From the NCBI GenBank assembly GCA_030612835.1, contig JAUWND010000001.1:1-52145 (forward strand): 52,145 nt of DNA, given 5' to 3'. Every line of letters starts with the position of its first letter. The stretch's first letter is position 1. Shown here piece after piece: positions 52,041-52,145 of this stretch. This stretch comes from Candidatus Methanophagales archaeon (GTDB lineage: Archaea > Halobacteriota > Syntropharchaeia > Alkanophagales > Methanospirareceae). The notes beneath the pieces were generated by a model. That model had not been told where the DNA came from. It saw only the letters and a program-made list of their open reading frames with translations, and ran no database searches. Made by a program: the position numbers and the translations under genes.

Positions 52041-52145
52041 TCATTTGAACCGGACCTCAATTCTTCTATTTCCCAACCATGGTACGGGTAGATTTCTGCC
52101 AGATTCATCAAGTATCCTCAGCAGTGTTTCAACAGCTACTCTATG
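52041..52145 (-). CDS. 3' end of an unidentified ORF entering from the right edge
   Basis: The minus strand reads ...HRVAVETLLRILDESGRNLPVPWLGNRRIEVRFK then TGA at 52041-52043. This is too short to classify. Confidence 0.25.
   Translation of the reverse strand, partial: HRVAVETLLRILDESGRNLPVPWLGNRRIEVRFK

Overview
This 52-kb window looks like a chromosomal segment of an archaeon, probably a Methanosarcinales/ANME-2-like euryarchaeote. That placement is an inference from an archaea-specific tRNA(Ile2) agmatidine synthetase (TiaS), a DUF106/YidC-like insertase, a PGF-CTERM-type sorting signal, TTTATATA boxes about 25 nt upstream of start codons, and grpE-hsp70 and CobN-type genes. I support about 50 protein genes and recognised no rRNA, tRNA or CRISPR array.

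Left to right:
- 1-440: the 3' end of a group II intron (maturase tail, domains V and VI), abutting a compound hairpin.
- 441-1796: an Arch_ATPase/DUF234 ATPase.
- 2036-5930: a tightly packed but clearly non-canonical grpE-hsp70-J-like operon.
- 6.3-14 kb: housekeeping genes (TrmJ-like methyltransferase, TruA, DUF106, two CBS-pair proteins, ProB, MscS, MATE, CaCA).
- 14.1-17.8 kb: a Yip1 / Ig-like surface protein / MacB-type ABC operon.
- 18.9-24.5 kb: SulP, then a visibly decayed pst-phoU locus next to an intact PiT + DUF47 pair. The decay includes a 208-bp direct repeat, a chimeric PstS-PhoU ORF, an in-frame TAG and a frameshifted AbrB-PhoU.
- 24.8-28.5 kb: ITPase, a REC-PAS-PAS protein, a Ddh-type meso-DAP dehydrogenase and HisF.
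- 28.7-29.1 kb: sensor-kinase debris.
- 30-45.5 kb: a metal/tetrapyrrole-type supercluster. It holds a radical SAM gene, a Gate-domain membrane protein, CobN, a NosD-like pseudogene, a ChlI/ChlD fusion, a PGF-CTERM protein and BtuFCD-like ABC genes. It is split by an AT-rich insertion carrying an IS200-type TnpA and an orphan proteasome/HslV-like Thr-protease gene with a coupled micro-ORF.
- 45.8-52 kb: a degraded IS1634-type transposase, an M50 site-2 protease fused to an archaeal pilin-like domain, TiaS and two tandem DUF116 genes.

Intergenic DNA across the window is built from recurring short modules, described under findings. All domain and family calls come from reading the translations by eye; no searches were run.
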